DNA of 64,000 bases. Source: Glycera tridactyla (lineage: Eukaryota). Made by a program: the position numbers and the translations under genes. This document shows, piece after piece, positions 29,301-44,300 of this stretch. The stretch lies in NCBI GenBank assembly GCA_965644265.1, contig OZ286461.1, positions 87,792,001-87,856,000 of the forward strand. The letters are read 5' to 3'. Within the stretch, counting starts at the first letter, position 1; each line of letters opens with the position of its first letter. The notes below the pieces were generated by a model, which saw only the letters and a list, made by a program, of their open reading frames with translations, did no database searches and was not told where the DNA came from.

Positions 29301-32300
29301 ATACACAATTAGATCACTGCAAATGAATGTGAGACTGTGGGTTGATTCAGGGAAACATGTTGCTCTACAAGTCATCCTCCTCAACATTTGTTCAGATATT
29401 CGATGGTTTGTGTTCGATCATAGTTTATATTCAACCACCGAATAGCGATCAAATGTGGAAGCATTTGTCATTGAAACTGTAATTGAACTCACCTCAGTGG
29501 AGAAACCCTCCACAAGAATAGCGACCAATAGATTGAAGAGGACATAGTTTCCAAAGGTCATAAGAGCAATGAAGTACAGGGCCGCCCATGCAGATGTTTT
29601 GGACATTCCAGCATAGAGGACTTCATTCCAGTCCTCCTGCGTAAGAATCTACCATGGAACATATAGAAAGATTAGTGCAAGACATACAAGTCATGTAGCT
29701 ATGGAAAATCGAATACTTATCAAAAGTACCTATATAGTTATAACTTAAATTTTTCTGAATCTCTGTCAATTTCATGATGAAGGGCTATCTACATCATTAT
29801 TATCATTACTGCTACTGATAAGATAATCTATGATGCCTACAAGAAGATTGTTCAATCTATACAAACAGATTGTGTCACTTTATTTTACAATTATATGGTT
29901 TGGTAACGGTAAAGTGCACAGAGATATTTCATTCAGTTCGAAACTATTTTCCTCAAATAGCACAAAATGTCATGGTATGATGCAACAAATTTGGATAAGG
30001 GATTATTACAGGCATCTCCTCTGTTGATACTCATTTATCAGCATATATGCAATTATATGCCAGAAAAGCTAAAATGATTTTTGATTCAAATGAAAATCAT
30101 GCACAGTTTCATCAAGATTCAACATCACCTATCCAATCGTAATCAACTGGTTGAATCATGAAATGGAGGCACTGACTCTATGGATAAAGTTAGACTAATC
30201 TAATCACTAAAAGATATAGAATACATCCTATTTCATCTTCCACTACAGTAGTTTTCACTAATTACCAGCTTGATAGCACCAATCAGAAGCCATTCTGTGA
30301 AACTCAACAAAAATACTGCAGTAATATCTAATGAGGCAATGCCTAATCATTCATCTGTGATCATGTTTTGAGTTATAGAATAGAAGACATCAAATTCTGA
30401 AATTTGACCACCACCTCTACATTTTTCATACTTTCAGATTGAAATGGATGGTGGAGAATGTTCTAGGGATGTGAAATGATGGGAGCAAATGGTGATCAAT
30501 AAAATCACCAGAACCTTTACCTCAATAAACTTATAATCTGATATACGATTACAGATATGCATGATGAAATTTGAATGAGTACAGATTCCCAAACAACAAG
30601 GCATCAGTGATGCGGGGTCCCCCGCCGATGTGGGACAATGACAGTGAGCACCTCTGCTTCCCGAACTGTGCAGAAAAAATGTGTTGGTTTTCTTCATATG
30701 GGGTCGACAATGTGCATGCCATTATGGAGTGTTTCAAGTATGCCCATGGGCAGCCCATCACTTTGCCCAATCCAAGAATAAATGTGCCAGTGCACATATG
30801 AACAATGAGAAAGATCAATAAGATATGATTTGGTATGAATCAGTGCATTTATTTTGAATACATGGGTTCTGCACAGCGCATGCCATCCTGAAGTGTTTGA
30901 GGCTCTTCAAGAAGATGCTTCCAGAAAGGTTGATTCAGTTTGGATTGGTGCAGCAGTCCACACTACATGGGTTCCTATAAGTCCATACCATCGACCATTT
31001 TAAATGTCAATGGGCAGCCTATGCTATCCATCACTTGCCCAAACCCATGATAAAGATGTCAGTGCACAGCTACAAATGAAGACACTTCAGGGAAAGTTCA
31101 TTCGATGTGGATCGATGAAGCCGTTTTAGAGAGATGAGTTCCATTAAGTCCAAATAAGAGTGCATGCCATATTGAAGTCCTTCTGACATTTCAACTGCCC
31201 ATGGGCAGCCCATTGCATGTACAAATTTGTAATAAATCTGCCAGTGCACACCTGCATATCAGGACGCTTCAGGAAAACTTTATTTTGTGTGAATCGGTGG
31301 AGCGGTTGTGGAGATATGAGTTCTGCAAAGTTTGTATGGGAGTGCATAGCATTCAGACATTTCACCTGCCCTTGGCAGCCCATCACATGGCTGAAGCCAG
31401 AATAAATGGAGCAGTGCACACCTACACATCTCGGCACTTCTAGGAAACTTGATTTGGTGTGAATCGGTGCAGCCATGATGGAGATATGAGTTCCGCAAAA
31501 TCTTGATGAGTGTGTATAGCATGATGAAATTTTTCAGACATTTCAACTGTCCATGGGCAACCCATCACATGCTCGATTCCAGAATAGATGTGCCAGTGGA
31601 CACCTACACATCAAGACATTTCCAGGAAACTTAATTGGTTATTGATTGGGGCAGCAGGTATGGAGATATGAGTTCCACAAAACCTTAATGGGAGTATATA
31701 CCATCCTGAAGTTTTTCAGATATTTCACCTGCCCATGGGCAGCCCATGAGAGGCTCAAAACCATAATAAGCATGCCAGTGCACACCTACACATCGAGATG
31801 CTTCTAGGAGATTTGATTTGGTGTGAATTGGTGCAGCCATTGTGGAGATATGAGTTCCGCAAAATCTTGATTGGAGTGTATACCATCTTGAAGTTCCCAG
31901 ACATTTCACCTGCCCATGGTCAGCCCACCACAGGCCCAAATCCAGAATAAACATGCCAGTGCACACCTACACATCAAGGTGCTTGTAGGAAACTTGATTT
32001 GGTGTGAATCGGTGCAGCCATAGTGGAGATATGAGTTCCGCAAAATCCTGATGACATCCTGAAGATTTTCACATTTCACATGCCCCGTGGGCAGGCAATC
32101 ACATGCCCAATTCCAGAATAAACATGCCAGTGCACACCTACACATCAAGACGCTTCCAGGAAACTTGATTTGGTGTGAATTGGTTCAGCCATTGTGGAGA
32201 TATGAGTTCCGCAAAATCCTGATGACATCCTGAAGTTTCTCACATTTCACCTGCCCATGGGCGGGCAATCACATGCCCAAATCCAGAATAAACATGCCAG

Positions 32301-35300
32301 TGCACACCTACACATCAAGACGCTCCCAGGAAACTTGATTTGGTGTGAATTGGTGCAGCCATAGTGGAGATATGAGTTCCGCAAAATCCTGATGACATCC
32401 TGAAGTTTTTCACATTTCACCTGCCCATGGGCAGGCAATCACATGCCCAAATCCAGAATAAACATGCCAGTGCACACCTACACATCAAGACGCTTCCAGG
32501 AAACTTGATTTGGTGTGAACTGGTGCAGCCATAGTGGAGATATGAGTTCCGCAAAATCCTGATGACATCCTGAAGTTTTTCACATTTCACCTGCCCATGG
32601 GCAGGCAATCACATGCCCAAATCCAGAATAAACATGCCAGTGCACACCTACACATCAAGACGCTTCCAGGAAACTTGATTTGGTGTGAACTGGTGCAGCC
32701 ATAGTGGAGATATGAGTTCCGCAAAATCCTGATGACATCCTGAAGTTTTTCACATTTCACCTGCCCATGGGCAGGCAATTACATGCCCAAATCCAGAATA
32801 AACATGCCAGTGCACACCTACACATCAAGACGCTTCCATGAAACTTGATTTGATGTAAATCGGTGCAGCGGTTCCAGAGATACAGGTTCCGCAAAGTTGG
32901 CGGACGGACGGACACCGGACGGACAAGGGACGGACGGACGGACGGACGGACGGACGGACAGACGGACGGACGGACGGACGGACGGACGGACAGACGGACA
33001 GACGCCCACTATTTTATAGTCCCCCTTCCGGTGTTCCGGCGGGGGACAATAACCCTACAGTCCCAAAATAGTCCATCTACACAGGAAAATAGTTCCGTTA
33101 ATAGGGGCAAATAAAACCTTTCTCTCTAAAATTCAAATTCCTTGACAAAATACATTGATACATCAGATATAATATTGAATTGAATTATGGTGAGGTTCAT
33201 CAAAATCCTTTACATAAGTAAGGTTCATACCTTATTGTGACTATCATGAATAGGATTATAATTCAACCAGCATGCTTTTGGCTGAACAGAGAATTAGTAA
33301 TTAATTCGATGCATTGCAGGGATAGAATTGGAAAAGATTGGTGGAATTGTCAACACAAAAAAGATTCAAGGCATTGCCAGAATATGATTCTGAAGAAATA
33401 AATGTGAAAGGACCAAAAGGAGTTGAACACAGGTTATCAAATGTACTCCAAAAATGAGCAGAACAACAAAGTACTGGTTCAATGACATACTAAACAGAGA
33501 TGACTCAAAAATAGATAAGATAAGCTGAACATTTGTCAACTTGCTTGAACATATTATCCCACACAATATCAAATAGTGATTGCAGAGGTTGACACCCACT
33601 GAGAGAGGCACAGGGTATACAGCTCATACCACAGCACATGCTAAGTCATGATTCATTTGGGGTCCTGAGCCATGCGATTTCTATCAAACTAACTCATCTC
33701 AAATAGGCAAATATTCGTGGCTGATTCATTTTGAATGAAAGCCTGGAGGCACTACTCCATTTTTAAGACAAATGGATTTACAACATCACACTTGCTACAT
33801 GCCAAATATCTGGCCAGTGATGAATTAGGCATTACAAATGGCCAACCACAAGTTTCATGATTCTATCCTACCTCAGTCTGTGAAAGGAAGGATAACCATC
33901 ATATGTATATCCGAAATTCAAAGATGACGCGTTCATTTTTCGATGCTAATCAATCTATAAAACAAAACTTAAGAAATGATTTTTACATGATTTGGAATTG
34001 CTGAATTGATGATGATAATGGAAATATTTCCATCCAAATCCAAGTTCTATAATCACTTGAAAAGATGCCACATGATACTAGGATAGATTCTATCTGGAAT
34101 CGCCAATCAACAAATATATAGCTGTCATAATCTATGATAAATCTCACGGCTTCTTTTGTTCAACTAGTTGCCTGATCAGTCAGTACCACATTGGTCTCAG
34201 AAATCTAATTTATGTATCATCTAACGGTCAGAGTGGGTGAGATTCAGGAACTTGTACCACCAATAATGGGGAATGTGAAATCTTTGAAAAACATCAAATC
34301 CTGCTCCAATATAGCCGTTTTGTAGCAAACCTCAGGACCCAAGGTGTGCTAAGTTGGCTCATCAATGAAGAGTAAATGTGATACACAATTGTATTGTGTG
34401 TATGTTTACTAGTATGAACAGAAAATACTGAAAAGAAGTATTAGATGGAGAATTGAAAATTGTGACATGAGTGCATTGCCACTACCTATGTGTTCAGATG
34501 ATATATGATCAATCTGGATTATATATGATCTTTAATTTGTGTGTTTATATCGGAAAAATCTACAGATGCAGCAATTGGCCATGCTCACAAGCCTGGCTGA
34601 ATTACTAAATCCTGATATATAACTGATAGTTCTAAAAGCAAAGTGTGCCACGCAACTAGGAGAGTAGCAACTGGTGGTGGAATAGATGACCTTTGATTAC
34701 AGTTTAGTCTCAAATGCAACATCCTGTCTTATGTTGCCATGACTTTTTGAATTGTCTGACAGGTGCATGGTTAGACTGGGACCTAAATGGCAACTGAATA
34801 AGTGAAAAGGTTCCTCTCCTTTGAGTAAATATCAATAGAATAATATTCAAAGGTTGTTATATCCAAAAGATTGAATGTGGTTGATCTATGAACTGGCAGT
34901 AGTTGTCCTTAAATCATGATTGACAAAAAAGCCACAAAACTACTATCACAGAAACATGTTGGTCAAATTGGACTCCGTTTCATATCAATTTTGAAGATGA
35001 AAACATGATTTGGTTCATCTTCACCTTTAAGGAAAGATAATTCGAAAAGTGTTACATTTGATGCTTGTAGATATCATTTATGGTATGATAGATGAATGGA
35101 AGGACATGTATTTCGACCACAGATGCTACCATATGGGTCTGATGGTTGCAAGTGGAAACCTATTACAAGCTGTAAATCCCTCAACGACCAGTCAGCTGTA
35201 CGGAAAACTTTCAAGAGACAGAGACTGACAGCACAAAGGGACACACGACTGACACGGCAAGGTCACTGGTTCCCTCAAACACATTCAAAATCATTAGTTC

Positions 35301-38300
35301 TTCACAGTATTCACCAACTATCTATATGTTGTATTCAATGTTGTTTCAAGATCGTATCCAAAAATATATTTAGAAATGTTCACGGTACAACTCCAGACTG
35401 TTTGTTGTCTAAGCCACTGTGCTTAATTCGGGATTAAGATTTTACCCTATGCTATCAAGATATGCAGAGGTGCACACCATCCCTTAATATAGTTTTGTGA
35501 GTCATAGATTACAGCAAAATCAAGTTTTTGACTGCCCTCATATATAGTTACATCTAGTTTATGGGAGTTTCAATATTGGAATACCCTGGGCTGTGGAGTA
35601 TCATATCTGAAATTCTTGGTTACTGCTAAAGCTAGACAAGCCTCTGTTACAAAAGAACTCAAGCACCTGTATGGAACGGAACAAATATATCTTTGTTATG
35701 GTAAGAGGAGCTTATGACAGAAGATTAATTATGGATTTGATGTCTACACACTGTCTCATGGAGATGAATGTTTTCTCAAGATAAACGTTCTGTAGGATTG
35801 CAATATATCCACACTACTTCACTCAAGTGCTTCTATATGGAGTAGGCAATATTGAGAAAATTACATCAAAAATATATGCTGCAGCAGATTTGATACTAAT
35901 TACAGATTCTTGCAATCAGAAACTGAACTATATGTGATTACTGACCATCTATATTGATGATATTATCAGTGTATTCAGAAGATGGAAAAACTGATGGATG
36001 GATTCGAAACAAGTGCAATTTATCCATAATTTAATGAAATGCTAATGTAGAAGCTAGTAAAGCAAGCTCCAGCTGCAATGCTGGAGTGAGACCACACCAG
36101 CTGATGGTAGAATAAATGAAGTTACACTCAACTTTAAACATAATGTTAATATGAAAAATCGAATGTAATTTTATATTTTTGCTCAGAAAAAAATTGACCT
36201 TCCTGGGAGATCATGCCCTCATATGCTGTAGATGAACACTCAAATTGATTTTGAATATCAAGATTCGAGGATAATAACCACTTTCAGAGAAGCTCTGAAT
36301 GTCAAACACGATATGTGTTTTGACCCTTTGTTATGAGCATAGCATCATATGCTGTGCCATGAGTTTTACCTGGAAGACAGTAACTGTGGCCCAGAGAATG
36401 TTGTCGAAATGTTTGCGTTGACACTTGCAGACAATGGTTTCGTTACGTAGATCATGACAGGAACATGGTTGTCCATCGTCCTCACGGACACACAGCTTGC
36501 CCCCAAACAGATGCATGCCTAGAACACTGCATGCACACGGCAGAAGAGACACAATGGGGTAAGAGTATTGCCAGTTACCGGTACAACTGTTGGCCGCTGG
36601 TGTCCACCAGCTTAACCAACATCATAGACAATAACCACGGCTTCCAGCAAATTCAGTGGAATGAATCTTGTCCTCAACAAAACCAACATATCAGATATGA
36701 ATCAATCAATTCACGAACTGGTTGAGGATGCTCATTTTGTAGTATGAAAGTGCACATCAACTGATGTGACAGATGTTTGAGAACGAAAACGAAATGCTCG
36801 TCCCTACAAATGTCATTTCGTTGAGGACATTTCATATTCCTCTGAGATGTCACAGACAGGTTGATGTAAATTATAAAATGGAATCAAATTGGTGCAACTG
36901 AAGGACATCCGTATAAAACATCATACACAGTGTTACACCATCACAGCAAACTGGAGTTACAATAAAGTGCAGAGGTATACCTTTACACACTCAAATTAGG
37001 GCTTCAACAAACTCCACACTTCCCAGTTTTCAAGTATGGTAATTGTGTTTGGAACTGATGATGATCATTCAAATGGGGCAGGTCATTTTAAAGCTGAATG
37101 ATATGCCTATGAAGCAGGAAAAAGGCACAGTGAGATCTAAAAAGCAAGATATATTTTTTCGAAGCAGCCAGATTGAAGCACTTATCTGAATAATAATGTT
37201 GAAATAACAGAGCTTTAAACCAGACACATTAGCTCATAATGGATAAATCTCTCGGTAGTGATCATACAATGATCCACAATATTTCATGAGCTTTTCAATT
37301 GGTGCAGAACATTTCAACCTTTCCATCGGCGTAAAAGGTCAGTACCATTGTCCTCACCATGAAAATTTACAGATTATCCACATAGAATGGGTTGATCAGC
37401 TATGTCATCACTGTTAGTCATGGCATGAAGTTCTTTGGTTCCATTCTTTGAGTGATTGCAAGGGTATCAAAGTGAGTGTGTCCCAGCATGTGAAGGAAGC
37501 CAGGAGTGAAGCACTAATACAAGGTGGTGCTGGAGACCAAGAGTGAATAAAAATTGATGAGGGAGAATTACAGCCAGCTGAAGAGTAGAAAAGCGACTGA
37601 CAAAATATACTGTATGTATACTAAAAGATGTACTGAACAATGTACAATAACCAGAGCAGTGGTCTCTATTGAAGTAAGCAGTGGTGTAGCAATATTTCAC
37701 CTCAATACATAATGAACTTTTAACATCCAGCAAGAGCAAATCCAGAAGACCTATTCACACATGAAATGACCATCTACAAATTGGAAAATACTTGTTAGGG
37801 ATGGTATTCGTATTTCCATAGGCCTGAGACAACCCAAACCTGATATTGGACAGTACTTTTGCAAAATATTTTCATGAAATAACTTTTTGTCAAAATGCTG
37901 GATGTTGTCCTAAACATAATGCCATGCATCCAAAGGGCTCAAGAGTTAGAAGTGACTATTGAGAAACCAATACTGTGGTTATTTCATACAATATGAAGAT
38001 CACAACTAATTTTTAGGACTTCTGCTAAAAAATATCCATAAGTGAACTGAAAATACAACTCAAATCAAATGTAGGAAGCGTGCAAACAGTGGTATATCTT
38101 CCATGCCATTATTAGATTTGATTTTGTGGAAGTTTTCGGTATGTATCAGGGATGTTTTGTCTACCTGAAACACTGTGATAATGGCCCACAGAAGTGAGTC
38201 AAAGTTTTTGCGTCCACACTTGAGTAATCCATTTGGCTTCTTCTCACAAAACTTGCAGCCAAACAGATTCATACCAAGGATGCTGTAGAAATGAAAGACA

Positions 38301-41300
38301 GCATTAATCAATCCTGGTTAGCTCAGCTCACCACAGCTGTGATGTGCAGCAACATATCAGCAACTCAAAAACACAAGACGGGAAGCCCTTCACATGGAAA
38401 GTCTTCATAGCGCGAGGTATAAATTGCAGTCAAATAAAATAGTCAATGCAAGAATATATCATAAAACAGAGGTATGGGAGAGGAGACATTATGTAGCATG
38501 GAGAAATGTAGACATGAAGGCAGTTTTCAGGGTCGTGTGAGAAAATGCTTGGCTAGCTAGCAGAAAGCTAAGCTGCTGGAGCAGCTGTGACAGTTTCTAG
38601 CCGACGGTAACGACTGTCACGTGTGCTAAAATGGTAGACAAAGAAGAGACCAGTACCTCGGTCAAGCGACTGCACATCAAGTTCGACGTTTAAGAGGTTT
38701 TGTTCATAGACTGTGATCATTGAATTATGCATCATTTTGGTTCAGAACACATTTGGATAACTAGTGGGTACAACATCCAATCTCAACATGTGACCTGTAT
38801 TACGTGTGTGGCTTCCACGAGTCAGAAACTAGATATGAACTTAGCCAGTTCATAACCAGATCACATGATTTCTACTCTCAAAATCAGAGTATAACATAGA
38901 AATTACAGAATTACTATGTCCAAAATAACAGAGGAGGAAATTGCTGTGTTCTGTTGAAAATGACTGCATAACTGTACCGACCATACTGTGCCGTGTAAAA
39001 AGGTGACCTTACAGATGGCATACTCAATATAAATCGTATCCTTCTCTTGTGCACAATCCAGGGCAGGAGGAGATATAACTGTGTATCAGGCATTCATGGA
39101 TCATGGGATGTGCTCAAAATCAAATGAATATCAAACATATTTTCTGACAAGTAAACTCCATGCATAAATGAATGTATACATCAGGGATTTCATATTGCCA
39201 TGTAGGGAGAGGTGGTGTAGGACAGTGGGCAAGTATTGTGTTAAGGTAAGGTCATCTACTGGTATTTGGTTTGATTCAATGTAACCAATATAGTGTGCAT
39301 TACTACAGCTGATGACCTGACGCCATTTGTGGTTCATCTAAATAATTATACGTATTCAATCGCATCAAAATATTCTAACTGATACATTAAGTAACTATTC
39401 ATCAATGATGAACTAAATCAAGATGCAGAAGAATAGAATCACATATTTAGAATTGAACTGTGCCAGACATGATAATGTGATTTCTTCCCACAAAAGAATG
39501 TAACTATAATTTAGGCCTGAATGTGAGTGAAATGATCTAATTTCTGTCAAGTTTAGGGTTCTGCTAACAGTCATCTTTGCATCACTTAGCAAGAAGGTAA
39601 TAATGAGAATGAAAGGCTTGTAGAGACTACAAGGAGAGTCACTAGCCACACGAGAGAATTCAATTCCACTCTTATGAAATACATGACTAGCAAGTGTCAC
39701 ACTATATGGGTTATGTGTGTTAGTAGAGAGAGAAATCCGAATGTATGGCAGAAGTAAAACTGATATAAAGACGAGAAGTAAGGGTTGAGATACAGATATA
39801 CAAGAAGAGAAAAAGACACCAGAAATACTTTAAAAGACACAGAATACAATATAACCAAGAGAAGTAACTGCTGAGATCCTTCCCTGTATTGAATAGTCTC
39901 ACTCAAGTTGAAATGTACAATCATACATAATAGCTAATGACCTTGCTGTGATCAGAATATCACACAAGATCGAGCAACCTGCAGTGAAAGTATTGATGGC
40001 AGTGTCCTCTCACCGAAACTGCATGTATATGAGTCAGACACTTTATGGATATCAACAAACAATGTCAATCAATGATTAGATATAACATGCACTGCAGAGC
40101 TCTTTTCAGAGTTATGATGATTAGCAAAGATACAATGTCCTATGAAAGGCAAAATATTCCAGCCCGAACACTCAACAATGGATGACATTTCATACATGAA
40201 TCAAAATGTATTACTCCTCCAAATGTTTGAGCTCAACAAAATTTCTCAGTCATGGTGGATTTCAAATGCCTTCCCTTATAATCATCACATGATTCAATCA
40301 TCTTCGAATCACACATATCCAGGTTCTTTTAATGAATTTGACTGAAGTATCTGGAGGCATAAATCATATTAAAAACCGAAATTAGGAGTGCAAACATTTA
40401 TCCTAAATCTTTCTCATGAATCCAGCATCATTCGATGATGGTGTCCATATTGGAGCTGATATAAGTACCCAAGTACTGATACCACAACTCATCTTCATCA
40501 CAACCATTGCCAATTTCTGAATTTCCCTGGCAAACAATGCATATGATTGGGAGCAATTATCTGAATATAATCTCCCTCTTCCACCATGATGAATGCGATC
40601 CATCCTTAAAAGTCTTATCTAAAACTGTTACAAGAGAAATGGTCATGTGTAATTCTGTGCAAGATGGGAAGAAGAACAGAGCTGGAAGTAGGAGAGACAA
40701 AGGCATATCTGTGATTATACATGCGTTTTCAAACATCATCCTTGAAAAAGATCTATGATCTATCAAAACTCAATATTGCAGCTACCTGCGGGCCGTTGAG
40801 AGCAATCAAACATTTCCCCTGAATATCAATTTAGGAGCTGGCTAACGGTAAATTCAGACTACCAAATTATTTGACGAGTGGTCCACAATGAAGTTTGATA
40901 TTGGCTGCTACAGAGTAACTTCTGAAGTAAGTGTCGCTAATGAACATTTCTTCAATTCAAGAGCCATACCAATGTTCACCAAGCATTGAGCGCAGGCACC
41001 CAAGCAAGCAAGAGGTTTCATTAGAGTGCTGATTCTCAAATATAGCAGGCATCCAAGAAAGTTACCATGCTTTACAGCACTGTGCTGAGCACTGAAGATA
41101 CAAGTTTCAGAACAATATCACTCCTTGTCAGCCATGGCTGGTTATGGCAAGTTCAATGGTCGCCATCGTCTCATTCATCAGATTTACATGAGCAAAAATA
41201 TAGTCCTTGTCAATACAGACAGAAAAAAATCATATCCATGAAAATGGAACTCAACTCATATACTGATGAGTGAATTTTGAAGTCACTTGTCTGGTCATTG

Positions 41301-44300
41301 AGTTAGAGCTTTTGCATTGAGTTTTTACTCCCCTACAAAAGATGGTTCAATGCACCTCAACACGACCATCCAGATAGCAAAATGAATGGAATGTCTCTCT
41401 GGAAACATTTAAGAAATGATGATGATACATTTAATCACTGATACACCAATGCATTTAAAGGTAGGCCTGAAAAGAGGGATTGTCAGTAAGAAAGATTTTC
41501 AAAATAAACAGTAGAAGAAACACAGAATCAGAAGTTCTTCAAAGTATGAGTGTGGTTAGTGTTGGCTGTTACAGAAAAAAAGATCATTGATTGGTTCAAA
41601 ATAATCCATCTAAAAAAAAGTTGTCATCCTATGAGTACACACCACTTCCTAAATCAAACGATGTTGGCAGAGATAAACATCAATGGTCTCATCAGATAAC
41701 AGTCTTCAAAACAGATATCAACCAAACATGGAGAAGAAGAAGAGTATGTGCATATGCAACTCGTGATTGACAGAAGCACCAAACCTAGGGTCACCCAGTG
41801 AACATTTCAAACTATGGAATGATGCGATAACATTCCTCAGAAGATCATGTGATAATTTGAAGTGAGAACAACTCAAAACAGAACATATGACGGTGGACAA
41901 TCTTATGCAATAATAACCTAAAAATGACCAGCAAATTGTGTGTGCTCATAAAAATGCTATGCCATACACTATGTATGGGGATAAAACCCATGAATCTTCG
42001 AGAGATAATCATGGATGGGTGAAGAATATCTCAGTACAGGAACAGAAGTCCTTAATGCAGAAGTGGTTGAGCAACATATATAGCTAGTGGAATGGACTTG
42101 AACCATATAATGAATCTGCACAAATCCTCTGTGGGAGATAAAATGACCTCTTGAAAGTATATGCTCTTCAAAGACATACAAACGACAGACATATCCATCA
42201 TTTGTTTGAAAACCCCTCACAACAGAAGCAAAGAGAGTTCATTCGAAAACTGACATATTTTCAATATCTTTTGAAATACAGTGAAACCTGCTTGAGTGTA
42301 CACCTGCGCTAGGCAAAATCCTGTCTTAAGCACATACCCCACGGTCTGCCCGGATGTTTTTTTCTCACTATAATTGTCCTGCGCTAAGCAAAATCCTGTC
42401 TTAAGTGGAAGAAAAATTTGGTCCCGTGACTTCTCACTTAAGACAGGTTTCACTGTACATGTTTCTGTAGAAGAAATTGCCAGAGAAGCCAGAGAGGGTT
42501 CTCATTGATATCCTGAATGTCGATTCGACATTCTCAGATTGAGAGGACGGTGGTTCATCTCAAGAACCGCCTACTCATGATGTCAGGAAGAATAGAAGAA
42601 GAGGAGTTGGCATGGAAGGAAATAGATAAGAGGTATATCAATGTGATTGAACAGACTGTAAGTGACGGCTTCCTCTCATGATAATGGAATGAAAGAGAAA
42701 ACAAGCAGATGGCTTAGACTATTCTAAGCATGGGGAATGATCACTGAATCTTGTTGCCACAACAATGTGAGGAGGGAGAGTACATTGTACATAAAATGAG
42801 GGAAGTGAGAGAGCTGTCTATGAGAATGAGCATCATTAGGGGGATGTAACCTTATACCGCACTACAGTAAAACCTGCTATAGTGAAATCCTGTCCACAGT
42901 GAAATCCTGTCTATCTGGCCCGAATGTTTTTTTTTCACTCTAATTGACCTGTATATAGTGAAATCCTGTCTACAGTGAAAAGAAAAATCTGGCCCATGGC
43001 TTTTCACTATAGACAGGTTTTACTGTATAAGAATCTGATTCTGATATTCTGAAAGTGCTGGAAGACCTGATGCACCCTTCAATTATCAAGGGTGGATTTA
43101 AGCACCAGGGAATATGGAATGATCCTAAACATCTAGGGATAGAACAAGGGCTCATAGCTCTTAACATAATACTATCTATCGATATCCCATGATACTCTCC
43201 TGCCAAAGATAAAGTGCAGGCAGAGAGATGGAAGCTCGAAATTATAATGGTCATTGGTCAGATTCCACACTGCAGTATCATCAGATTCTGACACGTGCAC
43301 AGTCAGGAATGGCCCACTCGAATCAAAAATGACCCACTAAGTTCTGTGTCATTGGGTCATTTGACACATCAGGTTTTTTTCTCTGCACATCCCTGCCATG
43401 TAGCAGGCACAAATGCAACTCGGTGACTGCATTTTGCATGAGATACAACATTGATAGTCTCCTTGGTTCTGAGCTCTAGTGAATGCATCAGTGGAAAAAC
43501 CATTGAGTTCAGTTGGCAAGAGTGCCATAAGGTCACGCATATTCTGCTTGATTCACCTCCTGGGTGTGACTGGACTAAAAACCGACCGGACACACATGTC
43601 AACCCCATGATTTCATCAGAAGACAGTGGGATTTTGCCAAATTCCCACATATATCTTGACCCAATCATTTTAAGAGACAGAATACATCTGAGAGAAACAT
43701 GGATGGAAGCCGATTCATGCCTTTGTTGAGCTATTGTTAAGCCCTTTGCACCCCCATGGAGTCCTTCACTTTATGTTGACCAGTAGAGTTCTGCCATTAT
43801 TTGTTAATTTCCGCCCGGTTATTTCATCAAATTTATGGCAAAAATGTCATGATCCCCCATAAACAATCATTCAAAACACAAGTGGAGTCAATAAACAGGA
43901 ATTTTGTACTTTTTCCTTGACCTGCCTGATTTCTGTGCTTTGTAATCGAGATGAGTGAAGAAAATCTTTTTTGTTAACCACTCTCAACATTCAGTCAAAA
44001 TCAAGTCAAATTCAATCTCTCTATGACTTGGTGTGAATAATTCAACTGCCATGCCAGTATATATAGCATACCGTATATTGCCGAATATTGTATATTGACA
44101 CATGTTCAGTGGCCATCACTGGTATCCTTGATGAGTTCAAAAAGGGAACGCTTGTCTATTTGGGTATGGGCATCTATACGGCAATATACGGTATAACCAA
44201 CAATATGACTGTGTGGATAAGGTGGGAAATCCTTGGAGATCCACAGGGCATGATGCTGTCAGCTACAGACAGGCCAGATTCCAGCTGTGCTTTGGGCAAT

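Noticed and set aside
31144-32778. Repeated 63-110 aa ORFs (also 53618-55996 and 10554-10939)
   Set aside because: They are translations of satellite monomers, with no splice signals or recognisable domain.
36060-38590. ctccagctgc (36067) and gctgctggag (~38571) as an RNA pairing controlling exon choice
   Set aside because: Only about 9 of 10 bases are complementary, which is expected by chance; conservation data would be needed.
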